A DNA stretch of 64,000 bases from Oopsacas minuta. Its lineage: Eukaryota > Animalia > Porifera. The notes under the pieces were generated by a model that was given only the letters and a program-made list of their open reading frames with translations, had not been told where the DNA came from and ran no database searches. The stretch covers positions 34,292 through 98,291 of the forward strand of contig JAKMXF010000016.1 of NCBI GenBank assembly GCA_024704765.1, read 5' to 3'. Below, piece after piece: positions 37,470-50,781 of this stretch. Numbering within the stretch: position 1 is the stretch's first letter; each line of letters begins with the position of its first letter. The translations under genes were made by a program, and so were the position numbers.

Positions 37470-40080
37470 TCAGTAAAATGTTAATCGGGAATCTGATAGT
37501 AATGACACCTCAACATACTCATCTCTAATTGGAATTATAGATGCCATAGGTTCGTATTTGTAATCTGTCTGGTGTCGAGAGGGTAAGGTGTGAATATCTG
37601 ACAGCTGTATATATTCTTTACTAGGTGTTACATTCTCTAGTTTAGGCGGGGAATTATCTTGTTTTGTATATTCATGTTTGTTTACCTTCCTTCTCTTCAA
37701 CACCAATATTATGATCAGAAAAACAATAATGATGATTAGCAATATTAATATGAGGACACCAGCAATAAGACCAATCATCCCATAGAGAGTAGATGGCTTA
37801 GATATCAGCTGATTATGAATATAGTATATTTGTGTGTTGTTATTAGTATTGTTTAATCTATTCATTACCTCTACTGTAATGGTGTAATGGAATGTGTATG
37901 ATACATCTGTGAGATAATATTCTGTCATATTTGTAGTTATATCTTTATGCTGAATAGACTCATTCACACTATACACGGATATTATGTACATCTCATTAGC
38001 TAGCTGAGGGTAAGAGGTCTCCCAGACCAATCTAACACCTCTACTAGAAGGTATTATAGTATGTAGATTGACTACTTCCTGAGTGTATATGTCTAGAGGA
38101 AATATATATGTACATAAATATATAGGAAGGATAGCTACAAATTCGAATGGTTAAATATGGCAGTCATTATTAGGGGGGGGGTCAATTCTTTGACAAAATA
38201 TCTTGCAAGATCTACTAATGTACTCAGGGTACAAATTCAAAGCCAATTGGATAGGTACATTTAAGAATATTCCAGAATGAGAATCAGCCACTCAAATGGT
38301 AAATATAACTAACCTTCAACTCTCAAATCAGCTGTTTGTTCACCTAATACTAATCCTGTATCTGTCTGTACAGAACATTTATGAGTAATATTTCCTTTCA
38401 TCAATTCCAATAGGATACTTGCTTGGTTACCAATCAGACTTATAAGAATGCTATCAGTACTAACATCAATCAATGTAATAGTTATATTATCAGTAGAGTC
38501 TGTAATACAAGTAATTGTGACGTCATCATATCCTACAAACACTGTATTGTAATTTGGTGTATAGGACAGATGTATGGATACTGAAGGAAGAGGAGGTGTT
38601 GTTGTTGTTGTTGTTGTTGTTGTTGTGATAAGTGTGATAGTGGGTGAAGTTACAGGAGGTGTTGAAACTGTTGTTGTTACTGTTGCCGTTGTTATATTTG
38701 TTGTTGCATTTGTTGGTATTATTGGTATTGTCGGTGTTGTTAGTGTTGTCGGTGTTGTTAGTGTTGTCGGTGGTGGTGTTTGTGTTGTTGTTTGTGTTGT
38801 AGTACTAGACTGAGTAGTTGTGATTGTTGTAACAGCAACTAAGACAAAGCAAACATCAACATCTGTATATATCGCTATAACTACAAGCTCTAACTAGTCA
38901 TTAGTACTAAGCTGATAATTATCACTTATCAATGATAATAAGATGGTACAATGGATCCTCTCTCATTGTCCGCTTCGAACCCCATTGCCCATTGGTGGAG
39001 AATTAGAGAGGACACACTGTATATAATAAAGAGAATGAGTAAGGATCTGAGTGAAACAGGTCACGATACTATATGGTACAAGAGTACACAGTGTAGTCTC
39101 CCAAAACGGACAACACCTTTACGACGGACAAGCTCGTGGAACGAAATAAGTTAATAATACATGTAAAGAATAAACAATCAATCTCTGAGAAGCGGACATC
39201 TCACCTACAAAGGAGAATATCTAATCTCAAATGTGTCTGTTATTGGGAGACTCCACTGTACTTATATGAGTTACCATACTATGCTTACCTCCTGGTACAA
39301 TATCTAGTGTGATTATAATAAAGAATCTACCAAACACGCCTCTAGCACATTTAAATTTATGAGGATCATTTCCTGTAGTGTTGGTTATTGTAAATGTTGT
39401 GGTAGGATTAGTAGTTGGTGGTGTTATCCCAGTTGGAATACTCATGAACCCTGTACTAACTTCACATGTAATAATAACATCAGTATTAACAGGAATAGAT
39501 ATTGTATAATAATCACCAGAGGATAACGAGTATAGAGAAGTAGATCCAGAATACTCTACTGTGAAGTTAGCTATATCTGTATACAAATAATTAAAGTCAA
39601 TGTTATCATATTTGTAACTACAATGTGTGCGCTCTCCTGAATATCACTTTCTTACCTTTCAGTGTAAGCACCATGTCTCCTATACTGTTTCCACCAGAGT
39701 AACACCCAATACTATATGTACCAATACTCTTAACAACCCCATAGAACTCATATGCATTAATTTGATTAGTATATTCCACATTGTTATATCTCCAGATTAA
39801 TCCATCAGCTGATCCTCCATTTAAACACCTGTACTCCAGCTGTTGACTGTCTATATCAGCTGTGTATGCAAATGAAGTACTTGCTGATCGTATGTCAACA
39901 TCAATAACAGGTTCTGTAAACAAAGATGTACGTTAAATCATATACACAAAGGGGCTCTGGTAGGATTGGACCTAGCGACGTATCTGAGACTACCCATAAA
40001 CAATAATGACAACATATCTCACCTGCACGACAATATATTAGAGTAAACACAAGCGTACACCAAAAGGAAAAGAAATACAT
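37470..40080 (-). CDS. Type I IgSF receptor: SP-Ig-Ig-mucin stalk-Ig-FN3-TM-Tyr-motif tail; 5 exons
   Basis: Exons 40080-40023 (MYFFSFWCTLVFTLIYCRA), 39913-39656, 39576-39289, 38838-38314 and 38092-37470. All four introns are GT-AG phase 1 and join in frame. Thr-rich stalk; TM GLIAGVLILILLIIIIVFLIIILVL followed by KRRK. Confidence 0.8.
39089..39258. mobile_element. pogo/Tigger-like MITE in IgSF intron
   Basis: TIR CAGTGTAGTCTCCCAAAACGGACA / TGTCTGTTATTGGGAGACTCCACTG-TA. Related ends at ~6465-6483 and ~13765-13788. Confidence 0.7.
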
Positions 40081-40275
40081 TCAATCCTCAATTAGTCTAA
40101 ATGAAAATTTGTGTTTAGCTAATAAATATTACTATAATAACTCCAGAATTCAAATCCTGAAGCTAGCTCTTGTATTATAACTGAGTTACTATTTGTTATA
40201 TATGCACCCTCCAAATTGAGTATTTGAAGAATGCTCAATTTGGGTGGTGCATATATAATGCATGTAACATAATAT

Positions 40276-40809
40276 GGGGTGCCTACATTAGGTCGAATTA
40301 CGGTGTTGGCATTAGGTCGAATTTACTATGTATACATTAGGTCGAATTCTATTTCAGTGAAGTCATCGATAGAGCGAATGAATAGTAGCTATGAATATCT
40401 CTTTCTTAAGGCTAATTCATATTTTGAGAAACACTGAATGCTTCCTTAAATTTCTAAAAAACCTGCACAAACGTTTTGAAAACAAAAAATCCAGCGATCC
40501 CCCATTTTGCAAACTTTTCTAATAATTAATCCAACAAAGGTCCATCCAAACACAAAATTAACACGGACTCCACATCCCCGCCCCTAGGTAGCTTAATAAC
40601 GAGTACAAGTGAAAACTCCCAGACCGATAAGGTAGTGAACAAAATCCCTAATCCCCTCCCAATGGTACGGGTTTATAATTAATACAATAAAATGTCCTAT
40701 CACGTCCTCGTTTTCATAAATCCATTTTCTATATCGATCTATCGACAACATAGCTAAAATAAATTCGATCTATCACAACACACGGAATTCGATCTAATGC
40801 AGCGCCCCC
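40276..40809. mobile_element. Foldback-type TIR element
   Basis: GGGGTGCCTACATTAGGTCGAATT / AATTCGATCTAATGCAGCGCCCC with tandem ATTAGGTCGAATT subterminal repeats. Core AAATCCCTAATCCCCT at ~40642. Confidence 0.7.
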
Positions 40810-41115
40810 AATAGTGTCAGTATAATTTGATTCTACAAATAATAATATGCATAACATTGTAAATAACAACAAAACACCCTTCATACTCTGTAATACATAC
40901 ATTGTACAGACAGAGCTTATATAGCTATGAAACTAGATACTTCCAATATAACATAAATACATGGTTTAATATGGAACTATAAAATAGGATAATTAAGCTT
41001 ATCGAATTCACACTTAATTTCATTCTTAAATAGACTAAATAATTAATCTTACAATCATTCACAAATACAAATATCAATAACTATATTTATAGTAGATATT
41101 ACTGGCCTTATAAGG

Positions 41116-41475
41116 CAGGGTATCTTAACCGAGGGTCAATGGACCCCCAAGGGGTCCATAGGTGTCCCTAGGGGGTCCATACCGTGCAAATTAGCCATGT
41201 AATTTGCAAACTTTGCATTCTTTTTAGATAAAAAATATTTTTTCTCGCAATTATCATTACATACTAATCCTCAATCATACACATTTTACTAATATACTAA
41301 TTAACTAGTAATTCAAAACACCCTAGTTTTTCTTCAGAATTATCATGCGAGAGAATAATAAAATTGTGCCAACTTAACGCCTTATTTAGTTTTGTACAGT
41401 TTCTGGACAGGGGTCCATAACTTTCACCAGATCTTCATAGGGGGTCCTTCACTTCAAAATGGTTAAGAACCCCTG
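41116..41475. mobile_element. hAT-type MITE
   Basis: TIR CAGGGTATCTTAACC / GGTTAAGAACCCCTG; perfect 8-bp TSD TTATAAGG (41108-41115, 41476-41483). Confidence 0.92.
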
Positions 41476-41978
41476 TTATAAGGAGTTAATTCCTCTCATT
41501 TGGGAGGTGTTAGTTTCATAATAGAGAACTCTTTCAACAGCTGATACCATTTCTGATATTCCTCCTATAGGAATAGAATTAACTAATACAATAATTAAAA
41601 TCATTAAAATACAGTCTGTCCCTTTTTCGCTGTTGTTGGTGATAGCACTAAAGACATTCCAAAAGTGGGACAGTTTAGCAATTGTTATCGTTATGTTTAT
41701 TTTAATGCTGAAACAAACACGGCTTCTGTTAGAGAGACGTTTCTTGGATTCATTCCAGAGAAAATCAACCTGCTGGATGGGTGACTGATATGATTCTAAA
41801 CGACATCAAGGAAGCTGGGATAGATATCTCCAAATACCGAGGAGAGGTGGAATGCTAACATATCCTAAATGAGGACTCCTTACCCGAGGGTCATAAGTCT
41901 AGCGGGAATTAATTAATATATAAAAGAGTGAAATGTGATGATTTAATTACAAACATATATGTAAACACAACAATATAA

Positions 41979-43144
41979 TTAATATATATTTATTACATTA
42001 TCATCATTACTAGCACAAATAGTATCAAAGTTATTATTAACAACTATTCCTGTAGGATTATTATATTTAATTTTGTGTATCAGCTGTCCATCTTTAGTAA
42101 ATATATTTATTGAATTTCCCCTAACATCGCTAATTATAATATTATTATACAAATCAAAACACAGAAACATAAATGCTTCTCCATTTTCTAATTTTATGAA
42201 ACTTTTCAACAAATCACCTGATTTAGAGAATATGTGAATATTATTCATCTCATTATTGTCTGCTACAAATATCATGCTATTATTTATTTTGACGTCACGT
42301 GGAGTTCTGAGTTTGTCTTTTCCTATTTCTCTAATATATTCTAAATCAGAGCTGAATACTACAATTCTATTTTTAAATGAATCTGCAACTAACACTTCTC
42401 TATTTATGTCAGTTGTTAGACCAAGAGGGGCACTACCACCTTCCTTAACACTCTTAATTAATTTGCATTTTGTTTTAGAGAATTTAAATACAGTGCAAAC
42501 TATCCAATTACTTATAAACACCCATTCGTTATGTAATGCTATACCGTGTGGAGAATATAGCTGCCCCTTACCAAATTCATGAATGAACTTACCCTCTGTA
42601 GAGATGATCTGTATTCTATTATTGAGTGTATCTGCTATATAGATCTTATCTCCATCTAGAGCTAGTCCATGAGGGAAATACAGCTCTCCTTTCTTACTGC
42701 CCTTACTATCAATCCTTCTGATGGGCTCGGTCTTGTTTCTGTATGGTACAGCTATATCCTGAATAGACCCCAACTTCTCCAGCTGTTTTAGGAGAGAGTC
42801 TAGACCCTCAGTATTGAGGGAAGGGATTGGGATAGGTGTTTTATTTTCGTGTTTCTGTATTTCAGCTCTTGTTTGTCTCATCTGTTCTTCTTGTAACTTT
42901 ACTACTTCGTTCTGTTGAATACTAGTTTCCATTAATTGTTGGATTATCTTCTCCAGGTCTGATACTTGTTTCTTTCTTGTATTCTCCTTCCTTAGATAGT
43001 TCTGCTTGATATCGAACAGCTGGACAAGCAGCTGATCTTTCCTCACTGTAGCAATCCTAATTATCTTATCGACGTGGAATAGATCATCTGTTCCGCTAGA
43101 TCGAAATGGTTGGTAGGAATTTCATCTGGGTATTTGGTGGCTAT
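41979..43144 (-). pseudogene. Coiled-coil + NHL-repeat protein, copy 2 (probable 5' frameshift)
   Basis: ORF 41979-43046 with NHL repeats (LYFPHGLALDG.KIYIADT.NNRIQI, LYSPHGIAL, LRTPRDVKI). The upstream frame ATA-ATKYPDEIPTNHFDLAEQMIYST joins only through a 1-bp shift at ~43071. Confidence 0.75.
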
Positions 43145-44029
43145 TTGTTTGTTATTCTGTTTATGATTTGTTTCATTCACAGACTGTATTTATACAAGTT
43201 TGTAGGTTAATTATTCAGGTGTTAAGTGGTGAAATAGGAAGTTACAACTAATCCAATTTCCTTGAACTTTACCACGAGACTATTGTCTCACAGAATTATG
43301 GATGTATTAGGTCAGATAGCTTTCAACATGTAAATTTGTTCCAGTTATAACTACCCACAGTCCTGTATAGAATTAGTTGCTATGCTGTATTAGTTGTCAG
43401 TTTCAATTTGTGATCCTAATCATTACTTATAGAGTTTCTTTTAAGCCCTCTGAAGCTAATCTCAATAAATAATGAACATATGGCCTCTTAGAAAACTTGT
43501 TTCAGCTCACATTTAATCCACCTGAACATCCACTTTGGTGGGCGGTTTAATATTTTTTCATTGATTTGATTCAAAAAATATTTTCTAATTACTAAAGTCA
43601 AATTTGCTATGCTAATATTCTAGAATATGAAAAAGATACTTCAAGTGTACTCTTGCCAGTTTATACACCTTATAGTTGAAATACATTTAGTAAATAATGA
43701 CAATATAAGTGCGGTAGCCAAATCAGATGTGGGCGGTGGAGTTTAAACATGTTTCCTACTAACAGTGGTTTTATCATGATAGATACTGTCTTCATGCAAT
43801 AGCATTAAGTAATTGTTGTATATGATATTTATATTTTAACAATACGAACTGCTGAAGGCAGAAGTTGGTGTACTTAAGAGACTTTCTCATATGAATATAC
43901 TCAATTACTTCTGCTCGTGTCTGAGAGTTAACATATTCATGGAGTTTGTAGCTGGAGGATATGTAACTCTGACTGCTTAACGCGTGAGAATATTTGAATA
44001 GAGATTATACTTATATATTTTGTGTGCTA

Positions 44030-44113
44030 CAGTAGACTCCGCTTAATAGAACCACCGGTTAATCGGATCAGAATAGTTTGCTCCCGATATGACATTATTA
44101 AGCGGAGTCTACT
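44030..44113. mobile_element. Mini pogo-like MITE
   Basis: TIR CAGTAGACTCCGCTTAATA / TATTAAGCGGAGTCTACT; TA on the left. Confidence 0.75.
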
Positions 44114-44565
44114 CCCTTTATTGCATTTTGTTGTTATTCAACTGAACGAAAATATATATGTGTAGTTAAGTTTCTGATTATATTTCAAACAGCTCTATTC
44201 TATATCTCTATAGTAAGTTAATTATAAATGATATAATCACATAAAATGTGTTAGAAATGTGATTATATAATTATAGGAGCAGAGTATTCTACACCTACAC
44301 ACATCTAGCTTAAATAATATCTCTTAAGATATGTAAATAGGGAATAATCTCTCAGAGAAAGTTATTAAAGCTCACCGATATTGAACACTGTCTCACGGAT
44401 TGTTTAGGCGCCAGATTAGTACATACAGTGAACTCTATCTATTGGGTAGTGCTTGGTAGTCGGTCTCATTAATTAGAGTATATCAATGAATTTCTCAAGG
44501 TATATGTACTGGGGGAAAATACTCACTTTGTTATTGTATGTTCGGCAACAATTAATAATCACAAT

Positions 44566-45014
44566 CAGACTTACCAACCCTTCGTTGATAATTCCCTGGA
44601 TTGAAATCTTAAAATCCCTGGATCATTTTACTTCTCACTTATAAACCAGTTTGGAAGTCACCATTATGGAGTTGTTGGGAGATAATTCGTAGAGATTATT
44701 TGCATAGACATATCGGAGATATTATATAACTCAACAAGAACCCGTACGTCTGAGAAGGAGCTTGTAACTCCCGAACTAAAGATCCAGGGAAATATCTGGA
44801 TCTTTTTTTAGGTTATATATAATCCAGTTCTGAAGAATAACTTATTGATTGTTATGTAACACTTATAGTTATTGACATCGTAGTTGAAAATTCACAATTT
44901 ACCCGGCCGATACAAACTTTCGAATCCCTGGATTCTCCAGTAAATCCCTGGATTCCTGGATCAGAGGTCAAATCCCGGGGTAATCCAGGGATCCCTGGAG
45001 GGTTGGCAAGTCTG
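44566..45014. mobile_element. hAT-like MITE without matching TSD
   Basis: TIR CAGACTTACCAACCCT / AGGGTTGGCAAGTCTG with repeated ATCCCTGGAT motifs. The flanks ATCACAAT and CATGACCT differ. Confidence 0.7.
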
Positions 45015-45052
45015 CATGACCTACTGACCCATCTGACCCATTTGCAACTCTG
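45015..45052 (-). mobile_element. Orphan terminus of the GACCCAT-repeat hAT family
   Basis: CATGACCTACTGACCCATCTGACCCATTTGCAACTCTG matches the element end at 61244-61298. It is followed by the 8-mer GCCGCTAC. Confidence 0.85.
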
Positions 45053-45347
45053 GCCGCTACACATGTTATTACCAACATTGTTGCAAAAAGTAGCTTATGC
45101 CAGTAAACCTGAGCTTGTACCTATAATGGAACTAAGTGGAGTGGGACAAGGAAGAGCTAGACAGCTGATACAAGCTGGTTACATAAGTGTTAAGGAAATC
45201 GCACGAACTGAACCCCTAGAGCTAGTCAATAAGCTGAAACAATTAAACATCAAACAAGCAAAGCAGATAATAGCATCAGTTAAGCTTGTACTTCAGGAAA
45301 AAGCTGAGGCTCTTAGAGAGGAGGCAGATGAACTAATAAGTCTATAG
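45053..45347 (+). pseudogene. HELQ: HELQ C-terminal piece (3' fragment)
   Basis: PLHMLLPTLLQKVAYASKPELVPIMELSGVGQGRARQLIQAGY...QAKQIIASVKLVLQEKAEALREEADEL* matches the HELQ C-terminus ([26 protein letters not shown]...QAKQIVSSAKMLLHEKAEALQEEVEEL). Confidence 0.88.
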
Positions 45348-45489
45348 TGTATGATCACTGTTATGCTGAGTATTATCCCTTTCCGTTTACTCTAATTAAT
45401 CCAATATTGATTAGTCGTATATACCAAATGTGTACTTGTAAACACTTTCAAAAGATTGCGTTTTATGCCAAATCTCAGTCGCTAAGTTA

Positions 45490-48100
45490 CAAACTAAGTG
45501 AGTTTGGGTTTAAGTGCTGATTTTAACAGTTTATACTCATCTGATTCTAGATCTTCCGTCTTCTAACCGTTTCCATCTACATATAGGAAATTGTAGAAGA
45601 TATCTACTGCAGCAGCCATTTTGGTACAGTAGCTGTCTTGTTTGGATTTGCTTTTCTGTAATTCTGCAAGAAACATTGGTTAAATACAACAGAACTGGGT
45701 TAGTACATAAAGCATACTTGTCAAGTGCTAGCCATTTCGTAATCCATGCATTACTCGGAATTCTACAAGAAATGCATGGATGAATTACTGAAAATAGAGT
45801 TTTTTCTTCAAAAATAGCCAGAGATTACCATTTATGGATATAGCACTTGAAAATCCAGCTTTTTGCAATACTATCCCTGGAAATTATTATGTGAATGGTT
45901 GTATGTATTTGTAAGTTCAACAATATATTAAAATGATTGTATTTTCTATTCATAGCTACAAACCAGCACAAATCTTTACAATTTCATGCCACATACACTC
46001 CAATTGCAACTGAAAATCCTCCTGCCATAGAGTTGTCCAAGCTCCTTCCAGGTTATTAGCCATCCAATTCATTAATACATCAATGGCATCATCAATCGAC
46101 TCTCCTAACGGTTTTTTGCATAAAATCATTGGAATATATTTTAAACTGTTTCGTGAGAGCTATTACAATCGCCCTTAATATTAAACTTTTATCTTTTTCA
46201 ATGCTGCAACGGATTTCTCGAGTATTTCCTCCATTCTTCTGCTAGAACTTTGTTATCTTCTGATTCTTGGATTAATTCTTCCCAATTCAAGCTTTGAGGA
46301 ATCTCTCTCATATATTCCAATATTACCTGAAAACAACGTATACATTATGCTTCGGTTAATCTGGCCTCAATGTGACCCTATTAAGCCGAGTCTACGGTAT
46401 TAATATAAGCAACACTATCAAAAATACATTAGCAATTTATACTGACGTATAGTCGGACGCTAATTATAAGAAAATATTTATACATCTTACCTGTGTATTG
46501 TTTATGCTCACGCAACTGTTCTCGTTGAGCTCAAAGATTGCTTGAGATTTCTTATCCTTCTTGTCCAGATCACCTATCATAATCTTAATCATCTGGGAAC
46601 TGTAGAATTTACCAATATCACAGATCATTTTCATAACCTTTGCTATAGAAAATAGAATTACAGTAAGTAATCTGTTGAAATATGTTTCCCATGAATAGAG
46701 AGCTAGAATGATATCCAATTAGTTACCTATAATGCGTGATCCCTCTTCTTCATGATTCCAGCTCAATTGTCTATTGAACTGATAGCACTGCTCAAAGCAA
46801 ATCGCGATATCAATAGCAGATGACGTAACTTAAATTCTGTTGTTGTCTTGTATTATTACTTCACGCGTATCAATCTCTCTTGCTCGTTTCACAGTTCCTA
46901 GATAGTATTATTTATGTAATGGGATCGATGGAGCCAGCAAACTCCCACAAAGAGAACACGGATATGTCAAAATCAACGCTTATCTGAAATTGTGCAAATA
47001 TGCTGCAAATCCATCAAAGTAACATATATTTTCATCGGTTATATCAAACTCTGCTTATATAGGAGTATTTATCGCTTTCCCCCTGAGCTTCGATAAAACT
47101 GAAATTTGAATGGATTGGCAGATATTCAAGTACATGTACAATCTCACCTATAGAAATATTTCTGGCTGCATCCATCCAACTGAGTACATAAGGCTTAAAC
47201 CAGACTTGATAATCCTCAAAGATGTATTTCTTTGCTTTCATTACTTCATTGATAATGTGCTCTTTGAATTGACAAATATCTTTAACATGCTCGTGTAACT
47301 AATGGATCAGGAAGCTGAATTTACAATACAATTACATAGACCTTAATAAATATCAGATTTACTGACCTTTAGTATTAGAATAGCTAAAGTGAATTGCTTC
47401 CTTGTATTCTCTTCAGTCATCTTCTTGTCTTCTTTAGAGATTTGCTCAAAGTATCCTTTGAAAGTAGATGAACTGAGCAGACCAGAAACTTCTTGAGAAA
47501 CAATTCCATCCAGAATCTGATATGTAATATCGAAGTAACTTATTCCAGTCTGTTCAAAAGCATGAAGAGGAGAATATAGTATTTACAAACCGTCGTAGGT
47601 AAATTGATAGTGGTAAGGAAAGATTGGAAGTTGTTAAGTAAGGTTAGAAATGGTCAAGCCTGCCCCATAGAGTTGTACAGGTGAAGGCACAAAGTAGCAA
47701 GGCATTTCCCTAGCGTTCCCGGCCCGTTCCACAGGCCTTGAGTTACATGAAATCACACAGTACGCCTGTATCAAGACAATTATCCAATAACTAACCTGTG
47801 GATACAACAAATGTATTGTAATTAAATCCTGTGCTACCTCAGCACATAGATTAGTTAGTGTAGTAATCCTGATAGTATGAGTTGATTCATCAACTGTTGT
47901 AGTTAACTGTAAAGGCTGTGAATTAGCATTAAGGACTTGATATCAGCTGTGTATGTCTTCCTTTAAGTTTGGCTCAATTTCAAGGTCCAATTCTAAGTTT
48001 GTATCAACTCTCTCTAAATGAATTATTAAATTAATAAGCTGCAGCAAGTACTTGTTATATAATGTACAAATAGAGAGATTTCCTGTATGCTTTGCACGTA
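45490..48100 (-). pseudogene. UNC13D/BAIAP3-like (Munc13 homology domains), decayed multi-exon
   Basis: YQVWFKPYVLSWMDAAR and SSAIDIAICFEQ...RQLSWNHEEE (MHD1-like); DAIDVLMNWMANNL...W (MHD2-like). In-frame stops in several exons; extent approximate. Confidence 0.65.
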
Positions 48101-49351
48101 CTAATAACTGTACTGAGTATAGACACAGCATTGAAATCACTAGACATAGTATTCCTTATATTTTCCGTAAACGGTGCAGAGCCAAAATTTAATAGATTTT
48201 ACCATCAGGTGTGCACTGAGTAGCAGGGCTTAGATTTGACTCAATGCGATATTTTTACAATACATTTTCCCATTGAAGTTGTATTAACTTATCGAATTTT
48301 CCAAATTCCATTAGGTGTTTAAATCTATAGAAAAAATTTCTGTATAATTTTCCGCATATTTTGCAATACAAATCAAAAATTGAAATTTCCATAACTTTGT
48401 ATTATAATTATTTACCTATTTTTTTGAGGAAATTAACGTTGTAGTAATAGTTTGTATAACTTCTTTGAGTATGAATTGTCCTGTGTTAGAGTTTGGAGGG
48501 AATAATATTCTACTCTGCTTCAAGAGAGATATTTCATGATTAAAGATTTCTTCAATATTCTCTACTACTCCTTAGTTACGTCATCAGTTAATGATGTGTG
48601 TTGTGTCTCCCAATTTGTAATTATTTCTTCAAGATATCCTATATGCAGGAATAATGCACTGTTTGATATAGGAATATAATGATTCGCATTGTTTTCTTTA
48701 TAGAGATCCCAAGGTATTTATGGATACAACTGTTCTCATCGATAGATATCTTTCAACAAATCACAATTGTAGTCCATCCTACTCATTGAGAAATATCAAA
48801 ACAGAAGAGATGAAGAAATGAATTCACAAGTTTGTGAACAGCTGTTTTCTTCACTTCGAAGAATTGCTACTCAGATCGATTACATGCGTCTTAAATATGT
48901 ATTTTACACCACAAGATATTTCCTATACACTCTGATTCTGAGGGTTTACCCTTCCTGGAGGCTGTTGAGGTGGTGAAATCTAAAACATGATGGTACTTAG
49001 ATTGGAAGGAAATTAACAATAAATTACAAGATAAATTGCTTTGTAGCCGTGTGATAGTAAGTAAAAAAGTGGCAAGTCATATCAAGGAAGTAATAGAAAT
49101 GTCATGGCAGAAATATCCATGGTTATGGTTATACAAGGTAGTTGTTCTGTCATACAACACAGCACTAATGTATTTCACATCTTCAATGTCACAAGTTTGG
49201 GATGAAGGAAATATTATTCTATAGTTTGATATTAATAGTAATTTCTATCTATGACACACTTCAAAAGTCATTGCTTTATTACTAGAAAGCAATAAACCCA
49301 AAACATTATGCATTCCATAAGTTATTGTATTAGAGTGTATGTGTGTGCTTA

Positions 49352-49560
49352 CTAAATGGGATAATTAGTACAATACTGATATACGATGTATTCTGGTAAC
49401 GAAGATCCATGAGGGCTACATTGAGGACAGGAAAAGTACTCAACATCATTGGTGTCATCGATTAGTCCTACACATGGTTTAGGTAACCACTGGTGACATT
49501 TCGAACACTCAATCATGTTACTAGGCGCAAATTCTGGCAGGTTACAGAGACCATTGACTG
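49352..49560 (-). other. Isolated PHD-finger-like remnant
   Basis: CNLPE...MIECSKCHQWLPKPCVG...FSCPQC (His replaced). The surrounding sequence is decayed; possibly transposon-derived. Confidence 0.55.
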
Positions 49561-50781
49561 ACAGAAGGTATGCCCACACGTATGATCAATATCCAATTCA
49601 TTCAAATATCAGAATATGCCAATGAATGAAATAGAGGAATGTAAGTTACAACTATGAATTACATCATGTAATACTCGAGTATTGAATTAAATTAATAGAT
49701 TTATTAACGCTTACGAATAGTTATAATAATTAGCCAAATAAATCCAATAAAAATACAAAAATTCGTATTAGTGGATAGAAATAACCAGAGGGGGATCTGT
49801 TGCGTGAGATTTAAACTCATATATTGTAAAGGATCAGTAGCGTGCGATATTTACTAAAAATCGTAAAATATTCCAAACAGCACAAAAAGTCAATATTTAA
49901 CAAATTTTATTTACATTTAATGACAAAGCTAAAGTATTTCTGAAAATTAAACTCTGAAATTCATGAAAACATAGTTTTGAGAAAATCGAAGAAATATAAT
50001 AAAGTAAAGGATTTTGCAGAAATTATTGAAGGTTTAGGAGTGATTATTTCCAGTAATCTTAGACACCCAATGTGGGAAGTATTGTCACATTTTGGTAAAT
50101 GTTAAGTTCCCATATTTGTAAAATATATTCACCTACATGTATATTGAATTAATACGAAAATGATAGTTTAATACATACATTTTCTATTATTTTCTAAAAC
50201 ACACTAAAAGTTCAATTTTGTTGAGATGGGATCCTTCTGTTCCTGCTTTAGAGGTACTGAGAGGACGGTTGAAGAAGAATCGCTAATATACTCTTGTGCG
50301 AGGCAACCCTCGTACCATGTAGACGATACCCTTATGGGCGTCGCGGATGCTTTACTTCATATAAGACGCTGAATGAGGCCACAATACACTGTAAAGTGCA
50401 TGGGCCTCCACCGGCTGAGAATTTCCCTAATATTCTGTATTATATTTAGCCTATATGTTTTAGTGTTTTAGCTTTTTAGTAACTATAGATTTTAGCATAT
50501 TATCTGTACCTTCGAAACTTGTATATTGTTTCAATTATCTTTTCAACATTTGATAACATAACTCAGCATGAGATAATAATAGAGGTTATAGGGCATATAT
50601 AAGAGTTGGGATAATAATTCAATATTTTTGTTGTGTTTCTTCACGGCTGGAGGAGTCATCAGTTAAGTTGCCATTCGCTTAAGACACCACACAATTTTGA
50701 TTGATTAAAAAATTATCAAACAAAAGGTGTTCTTTTGGCATTCTTTCCCTTCTTTGATGCCTTCTTATCAGTTACCTTGTT

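Noticed and set aside
38574-38813. Val-rich plus-strand ORF
   Set aside because: Antisense shadow of the Thr-rich stalk exon of the minus-strand IgSF gene.
39087-39093. CACAGTG heptamer in an intron of the Ig receptor (and at 18055 / ~35930 in TRAFs) as cryptic RSS
   Set aside because: It is part of a pogo-like TIR or of TRAF codons (GAC ACA GTG). No nonamer or TGGAAATAG at a matching spacing and no paired signal.
45003-45052. N-terminal residues (MASLHDLLTHLTHLQL) of the 114-aa ORF as HELQ sequence
   Set aside because: These bases are two abutting hAT termini; true HELQ homology starts at 45053.
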